Positions 38,549 to 48,835 are shown, counted from the stretch's first letter. The stretch: 64,000 bases of DNA from Alphaproteobacteria bacterium (GCA_009927055.1 RFNS01000177.1:29794-93793); one strand, 5' to 3'. Program-made: numbers and translations. The notes: generated by a model not told the origin, from the letters alone.

Positions 38549-39627
38549 AAAAAGCACTGATCACAGGCATTACGGGGCAGGATGGCGCCTATTTGGCTGA
38601 GTTTTTACTTGGCAAAGGGTATGAAGTTCACGGCGTCAAGCGTCGCAGCTCGCTGTTTAATACGCAGCGCATCGACCACATTTATCAAGACCCGCACGAA
38701 AAAGACCGCAGGCTGTTTCTCTATCACGGCGATATGACCGACAGCCTAAGTTTGCTGCGTGTTGTGCAGCGCGTTCAGCCCGATGAGATTTATAATCTTG
38801 CCGCGCAAAGCCACGTGGCCGTTAGTTTTGAAGAACCTGAATATACCGCGAATTCCGATGCGCTGGGCGCCCTCCGCCTCCTGGAAGCCATTCGCATTTT
38901 AGGGTTAGAGAAAAAAACACGCTTTTATCAGGCCAGCACGTCTGAACTTTATGGGTTGGTGCAAGAAATTCCGCAAAAAGAAACCACACCGTTTTATCCG
39001 CGCAGCCCCTATGCCGTGGCCAAGCTTTATGCCTACTGGATTACGGTCAACTACCGCGAAGCCTATGGCATGTATGCCTGCAACGGCGTGCTGTTTAACC
39101 ACGAAAGCCCGCTGCGTGGCGAAACATTTGTGACGCGCAAAATCACGCGGGCTATCTCGCGCATTTATTTGGGCCTGCAAGATTGTTTGTATATGGGCAA
39201 CCTGAACGCCAAGCGCGATTGGGGCCACGCGCGCGATTATATCGAGATGCAATGGCTGATGCTGCAGCAAAAACAGCCCGAAGATTTTGTCATCGCCACC
39301 GGTGTTCAGGCCAGCGTGCGCGATTTTATAGAAATGTCGGCGGCCGAAGTGGGCATCAAACTCACATGGCGCGGTCATGGTGTTGATGAAAAAGGCTATG
39401 ATCAAAACGACAAATGCATTGTGGCGGTTGATCCGCGCTATTTCCGCCCAACCGAGGTGGATACTCTTTTGGGCGATGCGACCAAGGCGCGCGTCAAACT
39501 TGGCTGGCAACCCAAAATTACTCTTGAAGAACTGGTGAAGGAAATGATGCAGGCCGACGTGATATCGGCCAAACGTGATGACCTGATTAAAAAGCACGGC
39601 TATGCCGTGTTCAACCACAACGAATAG
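38545..39627 (+). CDS. gmd: GDP-mannose 4,6-dehydratase
   Basis: [21 protein letters not shown]..., [17 protein letters not shown], 360 aa. Confidence 0.85.
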   Translation: MKKALITGITGQDGAYLAEFLLGKGYEVHGVKRRSSLFNTQRIDHIYQDPHEKDRRLFLYHGDMTDSLSLLRVVQRVQPDEIYNLAAQSHVAVSFEEPEYTANSDALGALRLLEAIRILGLEKKTRFYQASTSELYGLVQEIPQKETTPFYPRSPYAVAKLYAYWITVNYREAYGMYACNGVLFNHESPLRGETFVTRKITRAISRIYLGLQDCLYMGNLNAKRDWGHARDYIEMQWLMLQQKQPEDFVIATGVQASVRDFIEMSAAEVGIKLTWRGHGVDEKGYDQNDKCIVAVDPRYFRPTEVDTLLGDATKARVKLGWQPKITLEELVKEMMQADVISAKRDDLIKKHGYAVFNHNE

Positions 39628-39629
39628 CC

Positions 39630-40601
39630 ATGGACGCCAACACAAAAATTTATGTGGCAGGACACCGCGGGCTGGCGGGGTCGGCCATTGTGCGCGGCCT
39701 TCAACGTGCCGGTTATTCAAACATTATCACGCGCACGCATGCCGAGCTTGATTTAACCCTCCCCCAACCAACAGATGATTTTTTTAGCACCACAAAGCCC
39801 GATGTTGTTTTTCTGGCCGCCGCCAAGGTGGGCGGCATTGTGGCCAACAACACTTATCCGGCTGATTTTTTGCGCGAAAACCTGGCCATTCAGAACAACG
39901 TGATTGATGCCGCGCATCGTCATGGCGTGGCGCGGCTTGTTTTTCTTGGCTCCAGCTGCATTTACCCGCGCGATTGTCCGCAGCCAATCAAAGAAAATTA
40001 TCTGCTCACAGGCCCGCTGGAGGCCACCAACAGCGCCTATGCTCTGGCCAAAATTTCAGGCGTTGAAATGTGCCGCGCTTATAATCAGCAGCATGGCACG
40101 CATTTTTTGGCTGCCATGCCCACCAATCTTTATGGACCTGGCGATAATTATGATTTGCAGCATTCGCACGTGCTGCCCGCCCTTATTCGCAAGGCGCACG
40201 AAGCCAAACAGGCCGGCGCCGCCGACATGGTGGTGTGGGGCACAGGCACACCGAAGCGCGAGCTGCTTTATTCTGATGATCTGGCCGATGCGCTGGTCAT
40301 GCTGATGCAGCTGCCCCCGCCTGCTTTTCAAAAAATATTGACCGATGAACGCTGGCCCCTCATCAACGTGGGCTGCGGCGAGGATTTAACCATCCGCGAA
40401 CTGGCGCAATTAGCCATTGAACAAGTTGGCTTCAGCGGTCAGCTGCGTTTTGACACCACACGGCCCGATGGCACCCCCCGCAAGGTGATGGATGTCTCGC
40501 GCATCAAGGCGCTGGGCTGGTCGCCAAAAATTTCTCTGGCGCACGGCATCAGCCTCGCCTATGCCGATTATCTGCAGCGCAGCCAAAAACAGGCAGCGTA
40601 A
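39630..40601 (+). CDS. fcl: GDP-L-fucose synthase (GDP-4-keto-6-deoxy-D-mannose 3,5-epimerase/4-reductase)
   Basis: KIYVAGHRGLAGSAIVR..., SSCIYP, YALAKISG catalytic triad context; 323 aa. Confidence 0.85.
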   Translation: MDANTKIYVAGHRGLAGSAIVRGLQRAGYSNIITRTHAELDLTLPQPTDDFFSTTKPDVVFLAAAKVGGIVANNTYPADFLRENLAIQNNVIDAAHRHGVARLVFLGSSCIYPRDCPQPIKENYLLTGPLEATNSAYALAKISGVEMCRAYNQQHGTHFLAAMPTNLYGPGDNYDLQHSHVLPALIRKAHEAKQAGAADMVVWGTGTPKRELLYSDDLADALVMLMQLPPPAFQKILTDERWPLINVGCGEDLTIRELAQLAIEQVGFSGQLRFDTTRPDGTPRKVMDVSRIKALGWSPKISLAHGISLAYADYLQRSQKQAA

Positions 40602-40711
40602 TTACTGCGTTAACACAGAAATATGCCTCAGTTGTCGCGGCGCATGACGCACATCAGGGCATGGCAAAGTGCACAAAATATGGTTCGCTGTTTGCATCAG
40701 TTCGGCTTCAG

Positions 40712-40888
40712 TCATACCACCTTTTTACTGGTTTTACTGGCCCCTGTGACATAAACATTCAACACAAATTCAGCGCCACCAAACTGTTTTGGGTCAACCT
40801 TCTCGCCATAACCTATCACGGCTTCTATGCCATGAGCTAACAGCGCCGCTCTGATTTCTCGTTCATAAAACTCGGTGTTTTTTTGCAT
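40712..40888 (-). CDS. Small hypothetical protein (58 aa) with strong AAGGAG RBS, low-GC spacer between glycan island and nuoC
   Basis: ATG 40888 preceded 8 nt by AAGGAG; MQKNTEFYEREIRAALLAHGIEAVIGYGEKVDPKQFGGAEFVLNVYVTGASKTSKKVV. Confidence 0.35.
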   Translation of the reverse strand: MQKNTEFYEREIRAALLAHGIEAVIGYGEKVDPKQFGGAEFVLNVYVTGASKTSKKVV

Positions 40889-40934
40889 TGTTATCTCCTT
40901 CGAATGCTTTATTAAACAATAGTCACACAACAAA

Positions 40935-41501
40935 TCAACGGCGCGAAACAACCGGCCTTGTCCCCTTTTCATCGCCGGGCAGCATCACATCGGTCATGCC
41001 AGCCCAGGGCGAGAGATTATCGAAGTTCCTAAAATCCTGCACCAGCTTCACGGGTTCATAGACCACGCGCTTTTGCTCGTCATCGTAACGAACTTCAACA
41101 AAGCCTGTCAGCGGAAAATCTTTCCGCAGGGGGTGCCCTTCAAAGCCATAATCGGTCAGAATGCGCCGCAAATCGGGGTGGCCCGAAAACTTGATGCCGT
41201 ACATATCCCAGCACTCGCGCTCAAACCACCCCGCAGCGGGATAAAGCCCCACAATGCTGGGCACGGGTGTGTTTTCGTCGGTGCACACCTTGACGCGCAG
41301 GCGGGTGTTGCGGCGCAGAGAAAGCAGGTGATACACAACCTCAAACCGCTGCTCACGCTCGGGGTAATCAACCCCACAAATATCGATCAGTTGATCGAAT
41401 TGCGTGGCGGGGTCATCGCGCAAACGTATCATTTCTGATAACAAATCTTCTACAGTAACAATCAAAGTTTGTTCGTTTGTGTCCATTAACTCGTTCATCA
41501 T
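40935..41501 (-). CDS. nuoC: NADH-quinone oxidoreductase subunit C
   Basis: 30-kDa subunit motifs (...[14 protein letters not shown]..., [22 protein letters not shown]). Confidence 0.85.
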   Translation of the reverse strand: MMNELMDTNEQTLIVTVEDLLSEMIRLRDDPATQFDQLIDICGVDYPEREQRFEVVYHLLSLRRNTRLRVKVCTDENTPVPSIVGLYPAAGWFERECWDMYGIKFSGHPDLRRILTDYGFEGHPLRKDFPLTGFVEVRYDDEQKRVVYEPVKLVQDFRNFDNLSPWAGMTDVMLPGDEKGTRPVVSRR

Positions 41502-42058
41502 GCACCATCACCCCGCACAATCACTGTCTTGCCACCACGGCGTATTTTCCTGTGCAACTGCATAATGCCATAAATCAGGGCCTCGGCGCTGGGGGGGCAG
41601 CCGGGTACATACACATCGACCGGCACAATGCGATCGCACCCACGCACGACAGAATAAGAATAATGATAATAGCCGCCGCCGTTGGCGCAGCTGCCCATGC
41701 TGATGACCCAGCGCGGCTCCGGCATCTGGTCATAAACCTTGCGCAGCGCGGGCGCCATTTTGTTGGTCAGGGTGCCGGCCACAATCATCACATCTGATTG
41801 ACGGGGTGAGGCGCGCGGCATCATGCCGAATCTGTCCAAATCATACCGGCTCATGTAGGCGTGGATCATCTCAACCCCGCAGCACGCCAAGCCAAAGGTC
41901 ATGGGCCACATGCTGCCTGTGCGGGCCCAGTTAAACAGCTCATCCAGCTTGGCCAGCAAAAAGCCTTTTTTCTCGACCGTATCATTGATATGGCTTGTCA
42001 CAGCCTCGGCCCCCGTGATGACGGGCATGGTGGGGGGCAAATCATGGGTGCGGATCAT
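41498..42058 (-). CDS. nuoB: NADH-quinone oxidoreductase subunit B
   Basis: [27 protein letters not shown] motifs for the N2 Fe-S cluster. Confidence 0.9.
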   Translation of the reverse strand: MIRTHDLPPTMPVITGAEAVTSHINDTVEKKGFLLAKLDELFNWARTGSMWPMTFGLACCGVEMIHAYMSRYDLDRFGMMPRASPRQSDVMIVAGTLTNKMAPALRKVYDQMPEPRWVISMGSCANGGGYYHYSYSVVRGCDRIVPVDVYVPGCPPSAEALIYGIMQLHRKIRRGGKTVIVRGDGA

Positions 42059-42061
42059 GGC

Positions 42062-42385
42062 TTAATTCTTAAACTCAAACACAAAATGTCGCAACAGGCC
42101 CGCATCACGAAAGCCGCAGGCGGTGTGGGCGGCGGCCGAGGCATCGTTCTCTGGCTCGGTATCAGAGGCGATGGCCAAAAAACCCATGTTTTTGGCATGG
42201 TCTATCAACTTTTCCATCAGCTGACGTCCCACCCCCTGCTGACGATAGGCCGGATCGACCCAAAAACCCTCGACATACATCACGGGGCTTTCCAGCGTGC
42301 CAAAGGCATGGCTGCGGGGCTGATAGTGCACATAGCCCACGCGCTTGTCGCCATCAAAAATTTCAAAGGATTCGTATTTGTGCAC
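42062..42385 (-). CDS. Short GNAT-family N-acetyltransferase (107 aa; lacks usual N-terminal third) inserted between nuoA and nuoB
   Basis: Motif A (V..A..RQQGVGRQLMEKL) then GF...; bounded 6 nt from nuoA stop. Confidence 0.55.
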   Translation of the reverse strand: MHKYESFEIFDGDKRVGYVHYQPRSHAFGTLESPVMYVEGFWVDPAYRQQGVGRQLMEKLIDHAKNMGFLAIASDTEPENDASAAAHTACGFRDAGLLRHFVFEFKN

Positions 42386-42391
42386 GGTGGC

Positions 42392-42760
42392 CTATTCCCA
42401 CTCCAGCGCGCCCTTTTTCCATTCATAGATAAACCCGATGGTAAGAACGCCCAAAAATATCATGACCGACCAAAAAGCCGCCACCCCGCCTTCAAACAAA
42501 CTGACCGACCACGGGAACAAAAACGCCACTTCCAAATCGAAAATAATAAACAGAATGGCAACCAGATAAAACCGCACATCGAAACGGCGGCGCGCATCGC
42601 TGAAGGCTTCAAAGCCGCATTCGTACGCCGAGACTTTTTCAGGATCAGGTTTCTGTTTGGCCAGCACAAACGAAAGGCCAGAGGCCGCCAGCGCCACCCC
42701 CAGCGCCACCGCCAGGAAGACCAGAATGGGGAGATATTGAACAGCGATATCAGAAAGCAT
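42392..42760 (-). CDS. nuoA: NADH-quinone oxidoreductase subunit A
   Basis: 122 aa, 3 [14 protein letters not shown]... motif. Confidence 0.85.
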   Translation of the reverse strand: MLSDIAVQYLPILVFLAVALGVALAASGLSFVLAKQKPDPEKVSAYECGFEAFSDARRRFDVRFYLVAILFIIFDLEVAFLFPWSVSLFEGGVAAFWSVMIFLGVLTIGFIYEWKKGALEWE

Positions 42761-42958
42761 GATTCATGCTAACCCAAGCCACGCAACGGCGCAAACCTCA
42801 TGAGGTGAGGAATCATTTAATATAGACTGTTGTGCCTGCGGAGGCAGGCCCCCATCACCCGCATGAAATGCAAAAAATGAAGTATGTGTGATGGGCCCCT
42901 GCTGGAGTTTACCCTCGCGAAGGCGGGGGCAGGGGCTTCAGTCTTTTCCTATGCTTTT

Positions 42959-44380
42959 TTATGAAGTGCTGCCCCTCATCCGCGATGACCAGCTTTGCGC
43001 CACCCCCATGCCCAAAATGGTGGCATAAGTTACGCTGATGGCGGGGATTTGCAGGCTGAAATCGACCACACTGTGCAGCCCCACCTGCACGCTGACGGCC
43101 AGGGCCAGAATAGGGAAAATCGCATCGCGCTGGCGTTCCATCGCGCCCATTAAACAACGCCACACCAAATACGCCAACGCGGCCAGCACCAGAATGGCCA
43201 TGGGCAGGCCCAAATCAAACGCCAGCTCTAAATAATCGTTATGCGTTTTGTGCACCCACCCTTCGACCGAAGGATCGCGATACAATCGGAAAGCCTGATC
43301 AAAATTGCCAAAGCCATGACCAAACCACGGGTTATTCAAAATGGCCTGCCATGTCAGTTCATAGACGCGCCAACGGTAAGGCACATCGCTGGCCAAGGCG
43401 CTGCCCGAAAGGCGTTCAAGCAACCCCGCCCCGCCCAGCGCCAACCCAAACAGTGCCAGCCCCACCATGCCCAGCGCCAGCAACCCCGCCGTGACCACCG
43501 AAAGTTTTCGGTTAAGGCTGAACGCCAGCACCAAAACCACCAGCCCCGCCATGGTGCTGAAAAAACCGGCGCGACTGTCAGAATAAATCAGCGCCACCAG
43601 CAGCACCAGCGGCAGCAAAACCCACACAAGCTCGCGCCCCACAAAGCGCTGCAACAAATCGTGCCAGAAGTTTTTTTTGTCAATCTCATCCCACGCGTGG
43701 CGCCAGCGCCGGAGCACAAAAGCCACCGCCGCCAAAAAGCCCATGCCCGCATAGGTGGCATAAGAATTGCGGTTGATAAATGTGCTGGTCAGGTTATCGA
43801 TGTATCGGGTTTTCTCCATCCACAAAATCATGTTCAGGCCCATAAATTCCATGCTCAAACCGTACAGAGCATAAAGAACACCCGCAAAAATAATCATGCG
43901 CAACAGCAGGTGCGCATCATCGGCGTGCGCGGCAACAGAAAGCGCCATAAAAAAAACCACGGCATACATGCCAAACCGCAGCACGCTGGTGTACGTCGCC
44001 GTCGGATCAAGCGCGATGCGTGGTGTGAGTGAAAAAGTTTGATCGGTTTGCGATAAAATTTTCTGCGCCTCCAGCCACAGAGGGTGCGCCCACTCGGCCG
44101 CATGCCAGCCGGTGGTCTGCCACAGGGCGAACGCCATCACCATCACCGCCACGATGCCTGTCAGCACAAGCCCTGTCTGACATTTTAAGGCACACAGCTG
44201 CGGTTGCCGCCACACCGCCACGCCATAAAGGGCGGCCAGCGCGCCCATCGCAACGGCCATCAGCGCCGCCGACCATAAACGGTTGGCCCCCAACGGCAGG
44301 GGCGCCAGCAGCAGCACAAGGCACAGGCCAATTACTGCCAGCCTGACAAGCAATGTGGGCAAATCAGAACGCCATGTCAT
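42959..44380 (-). CDS. O-antigen ligase/polymerase family membrane protein (Wzy_C/WaaL-like)
   Basis: 473 aa, about 12 TM, periplasmic loop with HKTHNDYLELAFDLG (H-N-D-Y-L signature of O-antigen ligase family). Confidence 0.7.
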   Translation of the reverse strand: MTWRSDLPTLLVRLAVIGLCLVLLLAPLPLGANRLWSAALMAVAMGALAALYGVAVWRQPQLCALKCQTGLVLTGIVAVMVMAFALWQTTGWHAAEWAHPLWLEAQKILSQTDQTFSLTPRIALDPTATYTSVLRFGMYAVVFFMALSVAAHADDAHLLLRMIIFAGVLYALYGLSMEFMGLNMILWMEKTRYIDNLTSTFINRNSYATYAGMGFLAAVAFVLRRWRHAWDEIDKKNFWHDLLQRFVGRELVWVLLPLVLLVALIYSDSRAGFFSTMAGLVVLVLAFSLNRKLSVVTAGLLALGMVGLALFGLALGGAGLLERLSGSALASDVPYRWRVYELTWQAILNNPWFGHGFGNFDQAFRLYRDPSVEGWVHKTHNDYLELAFDLGLPMAILVLAALAYLVWRCLMGAMERQRDAIFPILALAVSVQVGLHSVVDFSLQIPAISVTYATILGMGVAQSWSSRMRGSTS

Positions 44381-44462
44381 GGCCCATCATGCGATAAAGT
44401 GTCGCGCGGGGCAAAAGCCTTTCATCTCTTGACAAATTGGCGCAATCCGCCAGCCTTCGCGC

Positions 44463-45668
44463 ATGAAAAAATATCGCACCCTCGATGATCTGAATGCCGC
44501 AGGCCAGACCGTGCTGGTTCGGGCCGATTTGAACGTGCCCATCGATAGCGCGACGGGCGTTGTGCGCGATGCCACGCGCATCATCCGCCTGGCCCCCACC
44601 ATGGTCGAGTTGGCTAATCAGGGCGCCAGGGTTGTGGTGATCTCGCACTTTGGTCGGCCGCAGGGGCATGAGAAACAATATACACTAGAAAAAATTTCCC
44701 TGGCGTTCGCCCATGCGCTCAATCGTGAGGTAAAGTTTTTCCCCGATACCATTGGCGATGGCGTGCGCAGGGAAATTTCCCATATGAAGAATGGCGATAT
44801 TCTGGTTTTAGAAAACACACGCTTTTATAAAGAAGAAGAAGCCAACGATGCGGCCTTTGCCGCGCAATTAGCCTCGCTGGCCAATGTCTATGTGAACGAT
44901 GCGTTTTCATGCGCGCACCGCGCGCACGCCAGCACGGCCGGTGTGGCCCACCATTTGCCCAGCTATGCCGGCCGCCTGATGCAAGCCGAACTGGAAGCGC
45001 TTTCAACAGCGCTGGAAAACCCCAAACGCCCCGTGCTGGCTGTGGTGGGGGGCAGTAAAATTTCAACCAAACTTTCGCTGCTGAATAACCTGATCGCCAA
45101 GGTCAACAGTCTGGCGCTGGGCGGTGCCATGGCCAACACCATGCTGCTGGCCAGGGGGCAGAACATTGCCAAATCGCTGGCCGAACACGATATGCTGGAT
45201 ATCGCACGCGATATTATGACCACAGCCAGCAAACAGAATTGTGAAATTCTGCTGCCCATCGATGCCTGTGCCGGCAAAAAACTGGCGCCCGATCAGCCCG
45301 TGCGCATGGTCACGCTGGATAAGCTGGAGGCCGATGAAATGATTTTGGATATCGGCCCGCAATCGATCACCGCCCTGCAACGCAAGCTGACAAGCTGCCG
45401 CACGGTGTTGTGGAATGGCCCCTTGGGCGCCTTTGAAATCAAGCCGTTTGATACGGGCACCAACATGGTGGCCCAGGCCGTGGCCGAACGCAGCACGGCA
45501 GGACAACTTGTCTCTGTCGCGGGCGGGGGCGATACGGTGGCCGCCCTTAACGCCGCGGGCGTGGCTGATCATTTCACTTATCTTTCGACCGCTGGCGGCG
45601 CATTTCTGGAATGGTTGGAAGGCAAAGAATTGCCCGGCGTCAAAGCCCTGCTGCTGCAACGCGCCTAG
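44463..45668 (+). CDS. pgk: Phosphoglycerate kinase
   Basis: VLVRADLNVP..., SHFGRP, N- and C-domain motifs; 401 aa. Confidence 0.9.
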   Translation: MKKYRTLDDLNAAGQTVLVRADLNVPIDSATGVVRDATRIIRLAPTMVELANQGARVVVISHFGRPQGHEKQYTLEKISLAFAHALNREVKFFPDTIGDGVRREISHMKNGDILVLENTRFYKEEEANDAAFAAQLASLANVYVNDAFSCAHRAHASTAGVAHHLPSYAGRLMQAELEALSTALENPKRPVLAVVGGSKISTKLSLLNNLIAKVNSLALGGAMANTMLLARGQNIAKSLAEHDMLDIARDIMTTASKQNCEILLPIDACAGKKLAPDQPVRMVTLDKLEADEMILDIGPQSITALQRKLTSCRTVLWNGPLGAFEIKPFDTGTNMVAQAVAERSTAGQLVSVAGGGDTVAALNAAGVADHFTYLSTAGGAFLEWLEGKELPGVKALLLQRA

Positions 45669-45747
45669 GGTTAGAATACATCAAGAGCACGGCTGTGCCT
45701 GCGGAATCAGGTATCCAGTTTTTGCTTTGTTTTTCTGCGTTACTTTT

Positions 45748-45780
45748 TGTCCATGGATTCCGGCTTCCGCCGGAATGACA
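45748..45780. repeat. Palindromic repeat unit TCCATGGATTCCGGCttcCGCCGGAATGACA in convergent pgk/HAD spacer
   Basis: Same unit as 11184..11215 and 61981..62011. Confidence 0.5.
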
Positions 45781-45820
45781 TGATTTTTTCTCAGCTACCC
45801 ATCTTCATGATGGATTCAGC

Positions 45821-46414
45821 TTACACCACCACTTTGTTCTGCACTGCCTCAAACATTCCCTGGTCGGCGGGCCAGTTGCCATAGGCCCATGTTTCGGTAA
45901 ACGGCCCGTGTTTTTCTATATAATCTTGTACGCGCTTTTTTTTGCGATCGCGCACGCAGTTGCCGTTCACAAAACGTTCGCCATAACACCCATCGGCCCC
46001 CACCTCAATCTCGGTGCACAAAATATCGTGATGCGGCAGCGCACGACACAAGGTGGGCAAATAAATATTCATGCCGCCGCTTGCAATCACAATCCTGTCG
46101 CCGGCAGCATCATGCTGTTTCAGACGATGTACGATCTCATCATTCCATACCACCTTGGCGCACAAACGCGCGATGGCGGGTTCCATCTCTTGCGGCGTGC
46201 GGCCTGTTAAAACGCGCCTGACCATCCACGCCTTCAAATAAGTTTTGCGGCTCGTATCGGCCGATGCGGATGAGAAATTTTTTCCTATCATCGATAGCAT
46301 CGCCAGCGCGCTGTAAATGATCATGCGCGGCCAACCAACCAGCTGCACAAAAAAATCAAAATTACTGTCATGGGTGATCAGTGTATGATCAAAATCGAAG
46401 AAAACCGCGCGCAT
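45821..46414 (-). CDS. HAD superfamily hydrolase (subfamily IB-like)
   Basis: RAVFFDFDHTLI (DxDxT), ...ASGG... , C-terminal Asp pair region. Confidence 0.6.
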   Translation of the reverse strand: MRAVFFDFDHTLITHDSNFDFFVQLVGWPRMIIYSALAMLSMIGKNFSSASADTSRKTYLKAWMVRRVLTGRTPQEMEPAIARLCAKVVWNDEIVHRLKQHDAAGDRIVIASGGMNIYLPTLCRALPHHDILCTEIEVGADGCYGERFVNGNCVRDRKKKRVQDYIEKHGPFTETWAYGNWPADQGMFEAVQNKVVV

Positions 46415-46420
46415 GATCAA

Positions 46421-47737
46421 TCAGGCCGACTGGGCGGGCAGCAGCACCGCCTGCACAGGTTGATTTTTTGAAAGCCCCATCAACGCACCGCAATGCGGGC
46501 ACAGCGCGCGCCAATCGGGCGTGGCGGTGTTGCATTGGCTGCATTCCCATGCCACGGCGGGCGGCACATGCACGGCTTTTTCCAGCCAGTTTTTGGCGGC
46601 AAGATGATCACCGCGCTCGGCCTCCTCCAGCTGTGCCAGTTGCTGATACACCCACTGATCGGGTTGCAACTGTTCAAGCCTGAACAGGTGCCGGCGCGCC
46701 TCGCCCCACAATTTAGCCCGCTGCGCTGTCGTGGCCAGCAGCCAGTGGCTGGCTACATCATCGGCCGCGTGGCCCGTAAATTTTTGTGCGCGGCGATGCT
46801 GCACCAACGCATCATCGGGCTGAAGCAAATGCGCCAGAAGCTTCGCGATTTCAAGATCAGGCTCCTTACGAAACTGATCGGCCAGCAAACGCAGCGCGCG
46901 TTCGCGCTTGCCATTCGCGGCCAGAGCGCGCGCCATCACCATCATCACCGGCGGCCAGTCTGATTGAAGTTTGCGCGCATCCTCGGCCGCCTGAAGGGCT
47001 GTCGTATGATCGGCCACCGCCAGAGCATTTTCGGCACGCGCCAGGGCCACCGCCGCCTGCCGCTGCAACGCATCGCGCGCCCCCAGCTGGCGATGCACAT
47101 AGGCCTGACGCAGCGCATTGCCCGCGGCATTCCAATTTTGCTCGCGCAGAGAAATCTCATACGTCACCATGTGCAGCCACGGCACATCGGCGCGGCGCTG
47201 GCCCAGCTCGGCCGCCAGTTTTTTGGCTTCAGCCACATCGCCTTTGCGCAACGCCAGATTAATCAACCCCCGATACCCCAGCACGGCGCTGTCGGCTTCC
47301 AGCAGCAACTGTCTGAAATGCTCGGCCGATTTTTCTTCATGGCCCGATAAATCGGCCGCCTGCGCCAGCAACAATTGTGTCAGCGGTTTGCCTGGCAGAA
47401 GATGCTGCACGGCTTTTGCTTTTTGTGTGGCCAGCTTGGTATCGCCCGAAGCCACGGCGATTAATCCTTCCAGCAATCGCTGCTGCCCTTTTTCCAGCCG
47501 CTGCAGCCGATTTTTTTCACGCCACAGGCGCGGGCCATCAAGAAACCAGCGCAAGGCGCGGTACACCACCAAACATAACGCCACCAGAATAAAAATGGCC
47601 GCGGTAAAAAACGCCGCCGATGTACGCACTTCATAGCCCAGCCAGTGCAGCACCACATTGCCGGGATTCGTGGCCAACCACACGGCCAAGGCCGTGGCCA
47701 GCACAATTTTGATGATAAAGGCCAGATATTGCCACAT
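46421..47737 (-). CDS. hemY: HemY-like protein (N-terminal membrane anchor plus TPR; heme biosynthesis-associated)
   Basis: Two N-terminal TM helices then TPR-rich domain; position downstream of hemC-hemD-hemX as in alphaproteobacteria. Confidence 0.65.
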   Translation of the reverse strand: MWQYLAFIIKIVLATALAVWLATNPGNVVLHWLGYEVRTSAAFFTAAIFILVALCLVVYRALRWFLDGPRLWREKNRLQRLEKGQQRLLEGLIAVASGDTKLATQKAKAVQHLLPGKPLTQLLLAQAADLSGHEEKSAEHFRQLLLEADSAVLGYRGLINLALRKGDVAEAKKLAAELGQRRADVPWLHMVTYEISLREQNWNAAGNALRQAYVHRQLGARDALQRQAAVALARAENALAVADHTTALQAAEDARKLQSDWPPVMMVMARALAANGKRERALRLLADQFRKEPDLEIAKLLAHLLQPDDALVQHRRAQKFTGHAADDVASHWLLATTAQRAKLWGEARRHLFRLEQLQPDQWVYQQLAQLEEAERGDHLAAKNWLEKAVHVPPAVAWECSQCNTATPDWRALCPHCGALMGLSKNQPVQAVLLPAQSA

Positions 47738-47740
47738 GAT

Positions 47741-48835
47741 TTAGGGTTCCATCACAGCGGCAGGGGGCGATAGATTTTCAGTTCCTTTCGTGGCGGCGCC
47801 TTCCATTTTTTCGGGCATAGAGAATGCCCCTGCTGCCTCCCCCGTCTCTCCCTGCAATGCTTCCTGCGGCTCTCCCTGCAGGGCGCGGCTGATGTCTCTC
47901 AGCGTCGTTTCTAATTGATCACGCGCCTCGGCATCCCTCAGCCATTCTTGCAGGGGTTCGCCCGCATCGCCCGGCAAGGCCTGTACGGCGGCAATGGCTT
48001 CGGCCAGCTCGCCCCGCTGCAGGTGGGCATCAATCTCGAACAACACACGCTCAGGCCCGCCCGATTGACCATCCAGCTGCATGCGCCGCACGCTGATCAC
48101 GCCCTGAAGCTCGGCCAGCACTCTGTCCCACCACTGGGGCGCTTCGGCCAAGCGCAGTTTTTGGAGCGTGGCCCCCGCCAGCACATTAAACCGCTGGCCC
48201 AGCGCCTCACGCGTGGCCACACCGGCCTGGGCATGTTCTTTCATCTGCTGGCAAAGTTGTTCAACATCCTGCCTGTCAGATACCGACTGGCAAAAACTTT
48301 TCCATTCACGTTCAAAAGGGCGCGAGGTTGAGGCCACCTGCCGCAAATCGAGGTACGACAGCAACTGCACCCGCTGACGCTCAATCTCCTCGCGCTCGTA
48401 CTTCACCTGGCTTTCCTTCAGGGCGTTCAGCTCTTGCTCCAAAATCAATAAATTCTCTTGGGTTTTTGTGACGTCGGCGCCTGTGCCGCCTGCCAGTTTT
48501 TCTTCCAGCGCCGCCACCTGCCCGGCCAGCGATGCCAGCTGACTGTTATCAATGGCTCCGGCCGCAATGGCGACGCGATTATTCAAACTTTCCAGCTGGC
48601 GCTGCATGTTTTCCAGCGTGGCGGTATCAGGCGCGATGCCTTCTGCCTGGTCAGGCGCTGTTTGTTTGGCTGTTATCTGTGCGGCCTCTGGCAGCCATGC
48701 CGGAAAAAAATGCACAACCACCCACGGCTGAGCCAGCGCCACAACAGCCAGCACAAAGGCCAAAACACCCACCACGCCCGATTTTTTTGGGGCGGCAGAA
48801 AGTGGCGGCGTGGGTTTTTCTGTGGGTTCGGTCAT
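47741..48835 (-). CDS. HemX-like/mitofilin-like membrane-anchored coiled-coil protein
   Basis: Single N-terminal TM, long coiled coil; conserved position between hemD and hemY. Confidence 0.5.
   Translation of the reverse strand: MTEPTEKPTPPLSAAPKKSGVVGVLAFVLAVVALAQPWVVVHFFPAWLPEAAQITAKQTAPDQAEGIAPDTATLENMQRQLESLNNRVAIAAGAIDNSQLASLAGQVAALEEKLAGGTGADVTKTQENLLILEQELNALKESQVKYEREEIERQRVQLLSYLDLRQVASTSRPFEREWKSFCQSVSDRQDVEQLCQQMKEHAQAGVATREALGQRFNVLAGATLQKLRLAEAPQWWDRVLAELQGVISVRRMQLDGQSGGPERVLFEIDAHLQRGELAEAIAAVQALPGDAGEPLQEWLRDAEARDQLETTLRDISRALQGEPQEALQGETGEAAGAFSMPEKMEGAATKGTENLSPPAAVMEP

Noticed and set aside
38905-39720. 271-aa minus-strand ORF
   Set aside because: Antisense shadow of gmd.
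43241-44032. 263-aa plus-strand ORF
   Set aside because: Antisense shadow of the O-antigen ligase gene; His/Gln/Arg-rich low complexity.
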